Assembly (NCBI GenBank): GCA_950097015.1
Contig: CATNEN010000001.1
Span: 620,001-684,000, forward strand
Length of the DNA: 64,000 nt
Direction: 5' to 3'
Source of the DNA: Macrostomum hystrix
Taxonomy: Eukaryota; Animalia; Platyhelminthes
Position 1 is the stretch's first letter. Every line of letters starts with the position of its first letter. A program made the translations under genes and the position numbers. The notes under the pieces were generated by a model. It was given only the letters and a program-made list of their open reading frames with translations, had not been told where the DNA came from and ran no database searches. Positions 1 through 13,992 of the stretch are shown piece after piece.

Positions 1-376
1 CATGACTACTGGTTGTTGCTGCGGTTGCTCTGGCGAGCCTGATTTGCTCTTGTGCTTGCTCCGTCCAAGGAATGACGTGCGTCTAACTGTACCACTGTCG
101 GCGTGACCCCCACCACCACCGCCACCGCCGCCTCCGCCTACTCCTGGACTGCTCCCCTTGTCTGAGCCTGGCTTACCAGACTTTTTTTGCGCACTACCCT
201 TCTCAGAACTAATGTCCGACTGCTGCCTCGCCTGCTGCTGCTGCTGCGCTTGCTGCTGCTGCTGCTGGCTGTTTTGTTGTCCCTGCTGCGTCGGCAAAGT
301 GGCGCTATTCGATATGTGTAGCTTAGATTGCTTGCTAGTGATGGGCCCAATCTTGCAACTGGCGAAATACAGGCTT
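1..376 (-). CDS. Internal exon of an unidentified host gene, low-complexity Q/G/S-rich, running off the window start
   Basis: Minus-strand acceptor ttatttcag| at 379-377 is followed by a frame open to position 1 (SLYFASCKIGPITSKQ...QQQQQQAQQQQQARQQ...GGGGGGGGGGGHADSGTVRRTSFLGRSKHKSKSG). GC-rich against AT-rich flank. Confidence 0.6.
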
Positions 377-3286
377 CTGAAATAAAAGTTAAGAATAATT
401 GTAAATATAAATCAGAAATATAATGTGACAACTTTAGAATAAAAATATAGTAAATTCATGCAACTCTTAATGTAAAATTGTTTTTTTATTTGCCAGTTAA
501 AAATTAATTAAAAATATTAAGTACTGTGTATAGTGACTAAAATGGGAATACTTCATTAGAGTTATTTACATGAAAACTTATTCAACAATATTGGACATAA
601 CATTTAGCACTAGCTACTTTGATTACACACTAGAAAAATTGCAAGAAAATATTATTGTTTATTTAGCAGAAAATGCAATGGCTGATTGTAACTAAGTGTT
701 CATTATGATTTTTTATATTGACTCACTAAAAAGATCTAAAATAGCTATTATAAGTTAATTACAAAAAGCAGTTATACATCTATATTAAAATAAATTTATT
801 TTTATACTATTAATACACCTATGAGATTTTATAGTTTGGACTTGAATTGGAATCTATTTACCAAAAACAGAATAAGTAATATTGAAAATAGAATGTAAGA
901 GCATCTAGCTAAATAAATTTGATCTCATTGATGAATGGTTGTCATTGAAGAACCTGATCATCTGCTATCTAGCCTCACCTCATTCCAATCTAGCATGTGC
1001 ATTTTACAATGCATTATACTGTTTAATTTGGTTCAATAGAGCTTCATAACTGAGAGTATATTTCATTAAAGAATAAATTATAACAGACTTAAGGCTAATG
1101 TTGCAGAATGTAGAAAGCCTGTGATTGGCTAGCTTTTTTCAATTGTTACACAATATATTGTTTTTATAACAAAAGAAACTATAGATAAAAAAATAAATAT
1201 GCACAAACAATATTTCTATAAATTATGACTTGACTTTTAACTTATAACTACATAGGCCTAGCTATACTATTTTACTCAATTCTGAAGTTGTGCAATAGGC
1301 CTAGTCATATTTGCAATAGATAGTAATTTGATTAGGTTGAAATGATATTTGAATTGCATCAAATCATGGTGAAAAAGGTTAATAGAGAGACTTTATCTCA
1401 CATATGACAAAGTGACCATGATGTTTTCAGACATTGTTATCCTATTGAATATCTACTAATCAATAGGCCTATATCTGGCAAACATAATTGATACATATCA
1501 GAGAAGTGATACATTTGTAATTACATAAATATAAATACTTGAGGTCATACATGCGCAACCTCCCAAATCTTAGCCAGTCGTGTGACTTAGTTTTTGCTCT
1601 CATTTGTGACTTAGTTCATTTCATTGCTCAATTTACAACTTAGTTTGCTCTCATTTTTCTCTCCCTTCTTTCCTTTTCTTCACGCCTTCCTTTTTTGTCC
1701 CTTGGTCCCCCCTTTGATTTTTTTGCCCTTGGTCGATTGGTTTTTGCAACTTACCTTGCTTGGACCTCGTTTCACCCGGCCGGGTGTTGCGCATGTATGG
1801 TCCAATATACATAGCAAATGACATGACAAAATATCTAAAAACATAGTTAGATGACAAAAGTAACATTTGTAGCATGACAAAGTGTCTAAGAACCATAAGT
1901 TCACTTGCCATGCCTAGCTAGGCCTAGGCCTAGTTTAGGCCAGACATTATAACTTACATAAAAATAAAAATATTAGGCTTACTAAACTATTAAATAAACT
2001 AGTATCACAAAGCTAGCTATACAATTGAATATAGTATAGGCCTAGCTCAGCATATGCTAATTAGATAGGCTACATGGAAAGAAATGCCTAAGCCCCCCTA
2101 TGACTATGAGCTAGGCGGCTATGCCTAGTATAGGCCTAGGACCCAAAGCCTGCCCTGCCCAGAATTTAAAATTGTAAACTTTTTTAAGCATTTGCTTTTT
2201 ATTCTATCTAGAAGTAGTTATTAAATGGGCCCAGTTATATTACTTTCAAAATGACAAGTACGGTGAGGTGAGAAGCAAGTTAGGGAAAGGTCGAAAAGCA
2301 AGATCGGGCCGATATATAGTAGCTGAGCTCTTGAACTGTGCACAGGCTATAATACTAGGCGAAACATAAAATATGTGCTCAGAAATTCATGAAGCAGAAC
2401 GTATATATGTACAAAGCCAACAAGATATTATTTAGTACATTTCACATAAATTTTCTGATTAAGTTTTAATATTCGATATTTGATTCTTTACTTCCAATAT
2501 AAAGTTGATCAACTAAAAGCCTGTGATTTCTATTTCTATTTTGTTTTTTTAACATACTTATTAGACATTTGTAAAGCGGATTAATAGTATTTCAATATGA
2601 CGTTTTGAAAAGCTTTTACTTTGTTTTTTATTTTTAAACATTTTAAACGTCAGAATTTCCTAAAATTCAGAACTTATTGAATGATAAATACAGAAGTTCA
2701 GAACTTCGTCATACTGGTTATTCTAGGCCTACTATTTAAGCGATCGCTGATCAGCTTATTTTCATCGCGTTTATAATGAATACCCATGAACCAGAATATT
2801 AAATATCGTTAGGCCTACCTGCATCCTAATAATTGCAGGTAATTGTTTTTGCAATCTCTTTCAAAAACTTCCTATGAATCGACAGATATCGTTAACATTT
2901 TCTTTCTTTGTTCAGCAGTTTTTGCTAGGCCTAGTGGGTGAAAAACAAAAACTTAAAAAGACTGAGACTCTCTCAAAATTCTATAGCTGCATTTGACAGA
3001 TTTAGTAGCAGTCTTCTTCAATCAAGTCAAGATCTTTCATGTGATCTTTCAGGCCATTGCTGTCACAGATCTCAAGGCCTCTAGAGTCTATACCTTGGCA
3101 TATTCCTGATGTCATTTTTCTACACTTGAATTTATACACCCACCTGTTCACTGTCCACTTGCTGACAGAGTTATCATAATGGTTGCCATGTATAGCAGGG
3201 ATGCCTGTTGCTACCTATCAAAATAAATGTTGAAAACCCATTGATGCTAGCTCTAGAATTAGGAAAGATTGAGAAGGATGCACTGT

Positions 3287-3605
3287 GGGGGTCGGTGGCA
3301 GAGCAGTTAACACATTTGCCTCTCGCACCATGGTCCCAAGTTTGATTCCACAGCAAAGCCACATTTATTTGGGGCACAGCTGCGGAGAGAAGGCTTGTGG
3401 CTTATCATGCGATTTATGCCCTTGAGGGCCAACCTCCAAGGCACAGTGAAATGTACACTGCCTGACAATGAGCAAGTCAGAGCAGATGTACACACCTGTG
3501 TGAGCGTATGCCTGCATACAGTATCAGTGTGCATGTGTGCTCAAGAGTCAGCAAAATGGCCAGAATTGCCTCCTTGTTGGCTGTGGGGTCTAGTGTCACA
3601 ACACA
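3287..3605 (+). mobile_element. tRNA-derived SINE family A, diverged copy
   Basis: Similar to the 30385-30746 copy; head GGGGTCGGTGGCAGAGCAGTTAAC. Confidence 0.8.
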
Positions 3606-4771
3606 ATATGTTTGAAAGTTTGTGCCTATCTTTGGGGCCATTTCTTGCCTCTGCTAGCTGCCAATAAGTGTTTTTGAGCAGCGGTTTAGTCAGAAAAGTA
3701 CTTGTGTAAGCATTGCACACTGTGCATTTGAAAAACCAAATTCTAAAACCATGCCAGATGCTATCCACTGATGTAATGTCAACTTTTCCCATAGCTGACT
3801 TAGTGCCTTGAGCTCTAAAGTATAATGATGACATGCTAATTGCCTAGTGTTTGAATGTCTATCCATTTGCAAGCCCAGAGTAAACTATAGGCCTAGCATA
3901 TCTAATATAGCTGTAGTCTTCTGGTAGAGCCTCAGTCATTTCTTGCTCTTCTTTTTTGAGTTTTGAGTAACCATAAAAACTAATGCATAAAAGAAAAGCA
4001 ATTGATTGTCATTTAGTAGAATTTTAGTCTTAGCAAATCTTTGAAGTTCTCCAACTTTATGGCTGATTATTGTCTCATTAACTGTGCATATGTATCGAAA
4101 TATTTCCATGCAGCAAAAGTCATTTTAAAGAAGAGACTTTCATCATTGAAGTAAAACCAAATTAGTTTCAATGCAATTTACTAGACATCCCTAACAAGTT
4201 GTAGTAACATTACTTTCCGGAAACCTCTTGTATGTTTTTTTAGATTTAGATAACCAACTTCAAAAATATTTTCTGCTTATTCAATCTTGCACTTTGTTTA
4301 GTCTGTTTGATATGGGTGACAGGTTGAATGCAATAAAAAAGACACTAGAAAGGACAAAATATCAAAATACTAACTTGATTTTTAGAGTGTCTTATTAATT
4401 AAGTACGCATATATAGTTACAATGTGAAGGCTAATAGTGTTCGTAATCTATACTCAATGCATATAAGCTTTAGTTGCAAAGTTGCAATGTTGTATTTGTT
4501 CTGTGATATGTTTTTTAAAACATTGATAGAAAAGAACAACAAGGAGTTATAATTCTAGGTAAATTTGTCACTCATCATAGCTAATGATAATGTGCAATGC
4601 AACCAAAAGAGCACTGCACTTAAGATGTCATTTGAGTCAATTTTACCTATCAATCAACTGGGGACTGGGGGATTTTCTATTATCAAAGATTTTTCAAAGT
4701 GTAATATTCTAAATAAGTTTTAAGCAATGCGTGCTTGCAGCTGCACAACAATCTCCCAGCGCCAGCCTGCA

Positions 4772-5770
4772 ATGGGACTGAGCTCGAGCCGTTTGCCACC
4801 GGATTCTCATCCCGGCTATCCAGTTGTTGGCCATAGTGCTGCAGCATCAGCTGCTGCCAGCTCCACCGCCGGCCTAGTAGTTGTTGGCGGCAGTGTCTCA
4901 TCTGCCAGCTCTTCTACAGCCGCACGTCGTCCGCTGCCTCCCCGACCTCGGGTTCATTCGCATCTGCAGGCTTCGACATCATCAGCTGCTGGCAGTTCTT
5001 CGAATACCACTTCGGCTGCTGCTGCTGCTGCTGCCGCCGTTGCCGAGTTTTACGCCGACGAGCGAAATCGAACCAGCCGAAATCGGAGTCGATCCTTGGA
5101 CTTTTTAGCTCCTTCGATGATGCATCCCGCGTCGTCATCTTCATCAGCGGCTGCACGCGGCGGCGCTTCAGTGTCAGTCATTGGCGAAGCCGATGACAAT
5201 GAAGAAGATGAAGACGAACTCGACGATGAAGTCGACGAGGCCGCCGAAGATGGACAGCCGCGTGAGAGGAGACCGCATCATCGTCGGCATCGTTTGCCGC
5301 CGCCTCCACCGCCGAGACATTCGCGGGCGCATCACGCTCTGATGCTGCGACATCTGGGCCTTCCAGCCAGCTTCTACCGGGCCGACATTCGCTGTCCTGT
5401 CTGCGGCAAAACTATCCCGCACGATGACACAGAGATTCACCTGGTCATGTGCCTGACTAAGCCGAGAATTGTTTATAACGAAGATGTCCTAGCTGAAGAT
5501 CGAGACGCGGAGTGTGCCATCTGTTTAGACGATTTGTCTCAGGGCGACACTATTGCCAGACTGCCCTGTCTGTGCATCTATCACAAGGGGTGAGGATGTA
5601 ATAGATTGATTAATAGAAATGTTGATACCATACTACTTATCCATTATCATAAGTAGTACAGCTGGGTAAATTGCTTATTGCTATTTTTAACCCCAAATTC
5701 GCATTGCAGCTGCATCGACGATTGGTTTAAGCGAAGTCGCACTTGCCCGCAACACCCCGACGACGCGTGA
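4772..5770 (+). CDS. ZNRF1/2: ZNRF1/2-family E3 ubiquitin ligase (zinc finger + RING-H2); join(4772..5589,5710..5770), 292 aa
   Basis: N-terminal MGLSSS (myristoylation-like). CPVCGK...HLVMCLTKPRIVYNEDVL zinc finger. RING ECAICLDDLSQGDTIARLPCLCIYHKG|CIDDWFKRSRTCPQHPDD is completed by a GT-AG phase-2 intron at 5590-5709. Confidence 0.93.
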
Positions 5771-6229
5771 CAGCAGTTTAAAGAATTATGATATAGTTAT
5801 ACTAGCTGCTTATCTATTAATTATGACTTTATCAGTACACTATTGCTTGGCTTCTTAACCTGATTAAGCTTGGATTAGCCTGTTAATAAGCAAATATGCT
5901 GTCTGTCTAAATGTTCAATATTAGAACTAATTATTTTTAGCGCCTTACACATATTATTGCCCGCAATCAAATCTATTTCGCTTTCCTATCTGCTTGTTCA
6001 TTCAATTTTTTATGTTTTCTTATTTGCTAGCTATGAAGGACTGTCTATGAAAACAGTAATTATAATTCTTTATGCAGCTTTGTACGGTGCTAAACATGTA
6101 TTGCATGAACGCTTACCCCCCTAGTTTGGTCTGTGGGTTAAAAGTCTTTCTTCTGGCTGCTGTCTACATTTGTGTACATAGGTGGGTGTATTCTCCATTT
6201 CTATTGTAACACCTTCATTATCTGCTTCT

Positions 6230-7262
6230 CTCCAACCCTCTCTGCCTGCCCTCTCTCTCCTACCCTCCCTCTCCTACCCTCTCTGTCCTTTCATATCTCC
6301 TACCTCCCTCTCCTACCCTCTCTCTCCTACCCTCCCTCTCCTACCCTCTCTGTCCTTCCATATCTCCTACCCTCCCTCTCCTACCCTCTCTGCCTACCCT
6401 CTCTCTCCTACCCTCTCTCTCCTACCCTCCCTCTCCTACCCTCTCTGCCTGCCCTCTCTCTCCTACACTCCCTCTCCTACCCTCTCTGTCCTTCCATATC
6501 TACTACCCTCCCTCTCCTACCCTCTCTGCCTGCCCTCTCTCTCCTACCCTCCCTCTCCTACCCTCTCTGTCCTTCCATATCTACTACCCTCCCTCTCCTA
6601 CCCTCTCTGCCTGCCCTCTCTCTCCTACCCTCCCTCTCCTACCCTCTCTGTCCTTCCATATCTACTACCCTCCCTCTCCTACCCTCTCTGCCTACCCTCT
6701 CTCTCCTACCCTCTCTCTCCTACCCTCCCTCTCCTACCCTCTCTGCCTGCCCTCTCTCTCCTACACTCCCTCTCCTACCCTCTCTGTCCTTCCATATCTA
6801 CTACCCTCCCTCTCCTACCCTCTCTGCCTGCCCTCTCTCTCCTACCCTCCCTCTCCTACCCTCTCTGTCCTTCCATATCTACTACCCTCCCTCTCCTACC
6901 CTCTCTGCCTACCCTCTCTCTCCTACCCTCTCTCTCCTACCCTCCCTCTCCTACCCTCTCTGCCTGCCCTCTCTCTCCTACCCTCCCTCTCCTACCCTCT
7001 CTCTCCTACCCTCTCTCCCCCACCCTCTCTCCCCCACCCTCTCTGCCCTACCCACTCTCTCCTATCCACTCTCTTCTACCCTCTCTCCCCCACCCTCTCT
7101 GCCCTACCCACTCTCTCCTACCCACTCTCTTCTACCCTCTCTCTCCTACCCTCTCTCCCTACCCTCCCTCTCCTACCCCCTCTCTCCTAGCCTCCCTCTT
7201 CTACCCTCTCTCTCCTACCCTCTCTGTCCTACCCTCTCTCTCCTACCCTCTCTCCCCTGACC
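6230..7262. repeat. Pyrimidine-rich degenerate minisatellite (CCTACCCTCTCT-type units)
   Basis: About 1 kb that is mostly C/T on the + strand, with recurring cctaccctc(c/t)ct units. Confidence 0.9.
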
Positions 7263-7718
7263 CTATCCTGATCTATCTTTCAATTAACTCTTTCTAAAGC
7301 GCATACAATAATGTGTAATAAAATTCACGATAATCTAATTAAACGATAGAGCAGGCTAGTGCCTTCCTTGTTATGGGGTTCCTGATTTCAAATAGCATTG
7401 TCTAAGTTCTTAAAATTTCAGTCCAATATGCGGCAATACGCTTTTTACTTTATTGTGGCATATGCTCGTTCTTTCTTGTTACTTTTTTTCGCAATTTATA
7501 AATATATAATTTTTGTTTTATGGCTTTGGCTATCGCCTTGTGTGTGTTAATAATCTTAACTCTCAATCACCTTTCATTTATGATTCTACTGCCTAACTTT
7601 TTAATTTATTTTGCTTTGTTTTAATAAGCATTACTAATATGCAAAACATTAAGGCAGATGTCATCGCACCATCTAACACTTGAGAACTAATAAGGCTTGT
7701 TTTTTATGTCAGATGTCA

Positions 7719-8474
7719 GAATTCCCTTCAACTCGATGAGAATCCCTACAACTCCATGAGAATCCCTTCAACTCCATGAGAGTCCCTTCAACTCCATGAG
7801 AATCCCTTCAACTCCCTGAAAATACCTTAAACTCCATAAGAGTCCCTTCAACTCCATGAGAATCCCTTCAACTCCATGAGAATCCCTTCAACTCCATGAG
7901 AATCCCTTCAACTCCATGAGAATCCCTTCAACTCCATGAGAGTCCCTTCAACTCCATGAGAGTCCCTTCTTCAACTCCATGAGAATCCCTTCAACTCCAT
8001 GAGAGTTCCTTCTTCAACTCCATGAGAATCCCTTCAACTCCCTGAAAATACCTTAAACTCCATAAGAGTCCCTTCAACTCGATGAGAATCCCTTCAACTC
8101 CATGAGAATCCCTTCAACTCCATGAGAGTCCCTTCTTCAACTCCATGAGAATCCCTTCAACTCCCTGAGAATACCTTAAACTCCATGAGAGTCCCTTCAA
8201 CTCCCTGAAAATACCTTAAACTCCATAAGAGTCCCTTCAACTCCATAAGAGTCCCTTCAACTCCATGAGAATCCCTTCAACTCCATAAGAGTCCCTTCAA
8301 CTCCATGAGAATCCCTTCAACTCCATGAGAATCCCTTCAAGTCCATGAGAATCCCTTCAAGTCCATGAGAGTCCCTTCAACTCCATGAGAATCCCTTCAA
8401 CTCCCTGAGAATCCCTTCAAGTCCATGAGAATCCCTTCAAGTCCATGAGAGTCCCTTCAACTCCATGAGAATCC
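7719..8474. repeat. 20-bp minisatellite GAATCCCTTCAACTCCATGA
   Basis: Direct tandem copies with minor variants. Confidence 0.95.
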
Positions 8475-9046
8475 GGCAATCACTCAAGGATTGTTAAGCG
8501 AACTGATAAAAGAAAAAACATATTTTAGATTTTTGCATAACAAAGTGTTTTATTCTAGATTGTAAATCTATTTTGTTTTTAACTGTTTTTATTCGGTTTG
8601 TGCAATTGTACTAAAAAGCGCATCTTGTGTTTTCAAATCCGATGATTCGTAACAGTTTAAAAAACCGGCTTTGTTTCACTTTAATTATAATATTAATTTT
8701 ATTACATATAAAATTGTATGTGAGATTTGTGAAATAACCTTGGAAACTAGTTAATTTTAATATTATAGTAGTTCCTAGACATGGACTAAGTAGTTTAGAT
8801 ACTCTATAGTGGCTTTAACGATTTTATACAGATTTATCTTAGCTACCCGTATAGTTCGGTCACAGATAAAAGCTACAACAATTAATTTATTTCTTTAATA
8901 AATTTAAATTTTCGTATTTCGGCGTTTAATAAATAAATAATCTTGTTAATTTGTTTAAACAATCAAACAAGAAACATGCTACCTAAATTTCATGCAATTA
9001 TTGCACATGGAAAAAATTATTTTAAATGTATCTGATTTCTGTAGAC

Positions 9047-11340
9047 AGTGTGTTTATCTGACTGCCTAGGTGTGTTTATCTGACTGCCTAGGTGTGTTTA
9101 TCTGACTGCCTAGGTGTGTTTATCTGACTGACTAGGTGTGTTTATCTGACTGACTAGGTGTGTTTATCTGACTGACTAGGTGTGTTTATCTGACTGACTG
9201 GGTGTGTTTATCTGACTGACTAGGTGTGTTTATCTGACTGACTAGGTGTGTTTATCTGACTGACTGGGTGTGTTTATCTGACTGACTAGGTGTGTTTATC
9301 TGACTGACTAGGTGTGTTTATCTGACTGACTAGGTGTGTTTATCTGCCTGACTAGGTGTGTTTATCTGACTGACTAGGTGTGTTTATCTGACTGACTAGG
9401 TGTGTTTATCTGACTGACTAGGTGTGTTTATCTGACTGACTAGGTGTGTTTATCTGACTGTCTAAGTGTGTTTATCTGAATGACTAGGTGTGTTTATCTG
9501 ACTGACTGGGTGTGTTTATCTGACTGACTAGGTGTGTTTATCTGAATGACTAGGTGTGTTTATCTGAATGACTAGGTGTGTTTATCTGACTGACTAGGTG
9601 TGTTTATCTGACTGACTAGGTGTGTTTATCTGACTGACTAGGTGTGTTTATCTGAATGACTAGGTGTGTTTATCTGAATGACTGGGTGTGTTTCTCTGAC
9701 TGACTAGGTGTGTTTATCTGAATGACTGGGTGTGTTTATCTGACTGACTGGGTGTGTTTATCTGACTGACTAGGTGTGTTTATCTGAATGACTGGGTGTG
9801 TTTATCTGACTGACTGGGTGTGTTTATCTGACTGACTAGGTGTGTTTATCTTACTGACTAGGTGTGTTTATCTGAATGACTAGGTGTGTTTATCTGACTG
9901 ACTAGGTGTGTTTATCTGAATGACTGGGTGTGTTTATCTGACTGACTAGGTGTGTTTATCTGACTGACTAGGTGTGTTTATCTGAATGACTAGGTGTGTT
10001 TATCTGAATGACTAGGTGTGTTTATCTGAATGACTAGGTGTGTTTATCTGAATGACTAGGTGTGTTTATCTGACTGACTAGGTGTGTTTATCTGAATGAC
10101 TGGGTGTGTTTATCTGACTGACTGGGTGTGTTTATCTGACTGACTAGGTGTGTTTATCTGAATGACTAGGTGTGTTTATCTGACTGACTAGGTGTGTTTA
10201 TCTGACTAACTAGGTGTGTTTATCTGACTGATTGTGTGTGTTTATGTGACTTACTGGGTGTGTTTCTCTGGCTAACTAGGTGTGTTTATCTGACTGATTC
10301 TGTGTGTTTATGTGACTTACTGGGTATGCTTATGTGACTTACTTGGTGTGTTTATCTGACTGACTAGGTGTGTTTGGGACTGACTAGGTGTGTTTTGGGA
10401 CTGACTGGGTGTGTTTATCTGACTGACTGGGTGTGTTTATCTGACTGACTAGGTGTGTTTATCTGACTGACTAGGTGTGTTTATCTGAATGACTGGGTGT
10501 GTTTATCTGACTGACTGGGTGTGTTTATCTGACTGACTAGGTGTGTTTATCTGACTGACTGGGTGTGTTTATCTGACTGACTAGGTGTGTTTATCTGACT
10601 AACTAGGTGTGTTTATCTGACTGATTGTGTGTGTTTATGTGACTTACTGGGTGTGTTTCTCTGGCTAACTATGTGTGTTTATCTGACTGATTCTGTGTGT
10701 TTATGTGACTTACTGGGTATGCTTATGTGACTTACTTGGTGTGTTTATCTGACTGACTAGGTGTGTTTATCTGACTGACTTGGTGTGTTTGGGACTGACT
10801 GGGTGTGTTTTGGGACTGACTGGGTGTGTTAATCTGGCTAACTATGTGTGTTTATCTGACTGATTGTGTGTGTTTATGTGACTTACTGGGTGTGTTTCTC
10901 TGGCTAACTAGGTGTGTTTATCTGACTGATTCTGTGTGTTTATGTGACTTACTGGGTATGCTTATGTGACTTACTTGGTGTGTTTATCTGACTGACTAGG
11001 TGTGTTTGGGACTGACTGGGTGTGTTTTGGGACTGACTGGGTGTGTTTATCTGGCTAACTAGGTGTGTTTATCTGACTGACTAGGTGTGTTTGGGACTGA
11101 CTGGGTGTGTTTGGGACTGACTGGGTGTGTTAATCTGGCTAACTAGGTGTGTTTATCTGACTGATTCTGTGTGTTTATGTGACTTACTGGGTATGTTTAT
11201 GTAACTGACTAGGTGTGTTTATCTGGCTAATTAGGTGTGTTTATGTGACTTAATGGGTGTGTTTATCTGCCTGACTATGTGTGTTTATCTGACTGACTTA
11301 TGATGTTTATCTGACTAACTAGGTGTGTTTATGTGACTGT
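9047..11340. repeat. 22-bp minisatellite TAGGTGTGTTTATCTGACTGAC, ~2.3 kb
   Basis: Period 22 (e.g. 9067 to 9089). Homogeneous 5' part, and a 3' part with recurring blocks of variant units. Confidence 0.95.
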
Positions 11341-12029
11341 TCAAAGAGTGTTTTATCTTGCCTAGAACTGTAGTCACTCGTAAGCATGTAGCAAGTCACG
11401 AATCGAGCAGCGGCACTGCATTAAGAATTTGAGAAGCAACCGTTAATTACATGCCTCTTATTTGTAATTTCCTCTAGTGTGTGTGGGGTATTTGGAAACC
11501 CGACTCCGCTGTTTATCTGGCGCTATGGGCAATTGAAGTACTTGGCGTTGTTACTGTGCCGCAAAAGTAGCCAATTCTGTAATTGGAAGCTTAATTCCAT
11601 ACGGCCTCATCATCATTTGTTGCCACCGCCGCTGCTGCTGCTGCTGCTGAGTTTGTTGGAAATGTTTATTTCTAGGAAAAGGCGACGGTTCTCGGAAATA
11701 AAATAGACAGTGTTAGGCTAACAGGTTAATTAGGGACATTAGATAACAGTATTGAATGACCGTCATTAAACTTGGATAAATTATTGAGGGGCTTCAAATT
11801 CAAGGACGCCTAGAAAATTAATAAGCTGATTAATTAAGGTGAAATTGATTGTTATCAGACTTCAGATGCGCTAGTTTTTAATTACGAGCTAGATGATATG
11901 AAATACAGGAAAGTTATTCAGTGCGACGCGTGACATTCAGATAAACCGGTGAGAACCAAGTAATAGACTATTCGAATTTGAAATTAGCATAGAGAGCTTC
12001 CGTTAGACAGTGTGATTCATCTGGTACAG

Positions 12030-12636
12030 GGTGAGATTCATATGTTTAGTAAAAATGCGATTCAGATCGATAGGGTGAGATTCAGATGGATAGGGTGAGA
12101 TTCAGATAGATAGGGTGAGATTCATATGTTTAGGAAAAATGCGATTCAGATCGATAGGGTGAGATTCAGATAGATAAGGTGAGATTCAGATAGATAGGGT
12201 GAGATTCAGATAGATAGGGTGAGATTCAGATAGATAGGGTGAGATTCAGATAGATAGGGTGAGATTCAGATAGATAGGGTGAGATTCAGATAGATCAGGT
12301 GAGATTCAGATAGATAGAGTGAGATTCAGATAGATAGGGTGAGATTCAGATAGATAGGGTGAGATTCAGATAGATAGGGTGAGATTCAGATAGATAGGGT
12401 GAGATTCAGATAGATAGGGTGAGATTCAGATGGATAGGGTGAGATTCAGATGGATAGGGTGAGATTCAGATAGATAGGGTGAGATTCAGATAGATAGGGT
12501 GAGATTCAGATGGACAGGGTGAGATTCAGATAGATAGGGTGAGATTCAGATAGATAGGGTGAGATTCAGATAGATAGGGTGAGATTCAGATGGACAGGGT
12601 GAGATTCAGATAGATAGGGTGAGATTCAGATAGATA
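12030..12636. repeat. 20-bp minisatellite GAGATTCAGATAGATAGGGT
   Basis: Direct tandem copies with period 20. Confidence 0.95.
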
Positions 12637-13450
12637 GTGGAAGAGTTAACACAAATCGTAGCTGAATCGTACAGACTCCACACAATGGCTGCTACTGTAT
12701 TGTATGCAGCTTCGCGCATGTGAACCACTGCAAATGGCCAGCAAATGAAGATAAATGCCAGCAGCGGCAGTGCGACCCGCCCCGCAAAGCTGTAATTGGA
12801 TATACTGGTAGGCATGACAACATACTTTTTTAGTTCTGGCGGTCCCGAGTGGAGTCCGACTGTGTGGACCCGGGGAGGGGGTGGGCGCGGGGACAGTTGG
12901 GCGGGATTTAGTGGGAGGGCATCTTTGGCTCAGTGTGAGTGCGGCGGAGAGGCTGGATGCACGGCAGCTTCTCTCTTCCTCTCCGCTCTTTCCCCTCCTC
13001 TAATTTCTCCTCATCTGTCTGTCTTTCTGCCTATATTTGCCTCCCCAATCCGCAGAAACTCCCATCTCAGGCCTAATGCATCACTCCCACCGGCCTCTCC
13101 CCCTGCGTCTGTTGGCTCACAGGCGAAGCTGTTATAGCTGGACAAGAGCTCACAGCCACCACTCACTGCAGCCAGGCACCGAGGACCAGCTGCTTCCGCA
13201 ACTCCCCGCTGATCCTCAATCTAGCCCCCGGCTTTTCTCCTCCCGAGGCCGACTGTATTTTTCTTCCCATCCTTAGCCGACATCCGGTGGCGAATCGGCA
13301 GTTTAGAATTAGCGAAGGCCGCTTGTCTAATTCTTTTCCGTTCTGTCTAGTAGCGGCCATCTCAAACTCTCCCTCTTACTGGCCCGGCGGAGGTCCCCAG
13401 CTGCTCTTCTCTACCACTGCTCCGCTCCACCCTATCGGGCTGCCCCACCA

Positions 13451-13947
13451 ATGGGTCAGAAACAGCCGCGCTCGGCTGCCGCGGCGGCTGCTGCGGCGGC
13501 TGCGGCGGCGTCAGCCAACAACGGAGGAGGCGCGGACGGCGCATCAACAGCCAGCCAGAGACGGGGCGCTTTCCGCACGGGCAAATTGCACTTTTCAATG
13601 GGCGACGAGCCGGCCACGTCCAGAGTCTATTCGGGCGGCGGCAACAGCAGCATCGGCGGCGGAGTGAATGACAGCGGCGGGGGCGCCGGCGGCGGCGGCC
13701 CCAGCGGCAGCGGCAGCCGCCCGATCGGCACAGCGGCTCCGATGCGGTCGCAGCGTCCCGGGCTTGAGCGGGCCTACTCCCTGGACCATCCCGGATGCGA
13801 TCGCGGCGCCGGTGGCAGCAGCGCTAGCAGTACTGGCGAAGAGGACTTCGCGTCCTACTATCATCAGCACTATCGCTATCATCAGCAGCAGCTGCAGCCT
13901 CCGCCGCCGTCGCCCCTGTCGCAGTCGCCAAGTGGATCCCACTTGCC

Positions 13948-13992
<45 letters not shown>

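Noticed and set aside
6172-7297. 362-aa and 371-aa L/P/S-rich ORFs
   Set aside because: Artefacts of a C/T-rich minisatellite that lacks stop codons.
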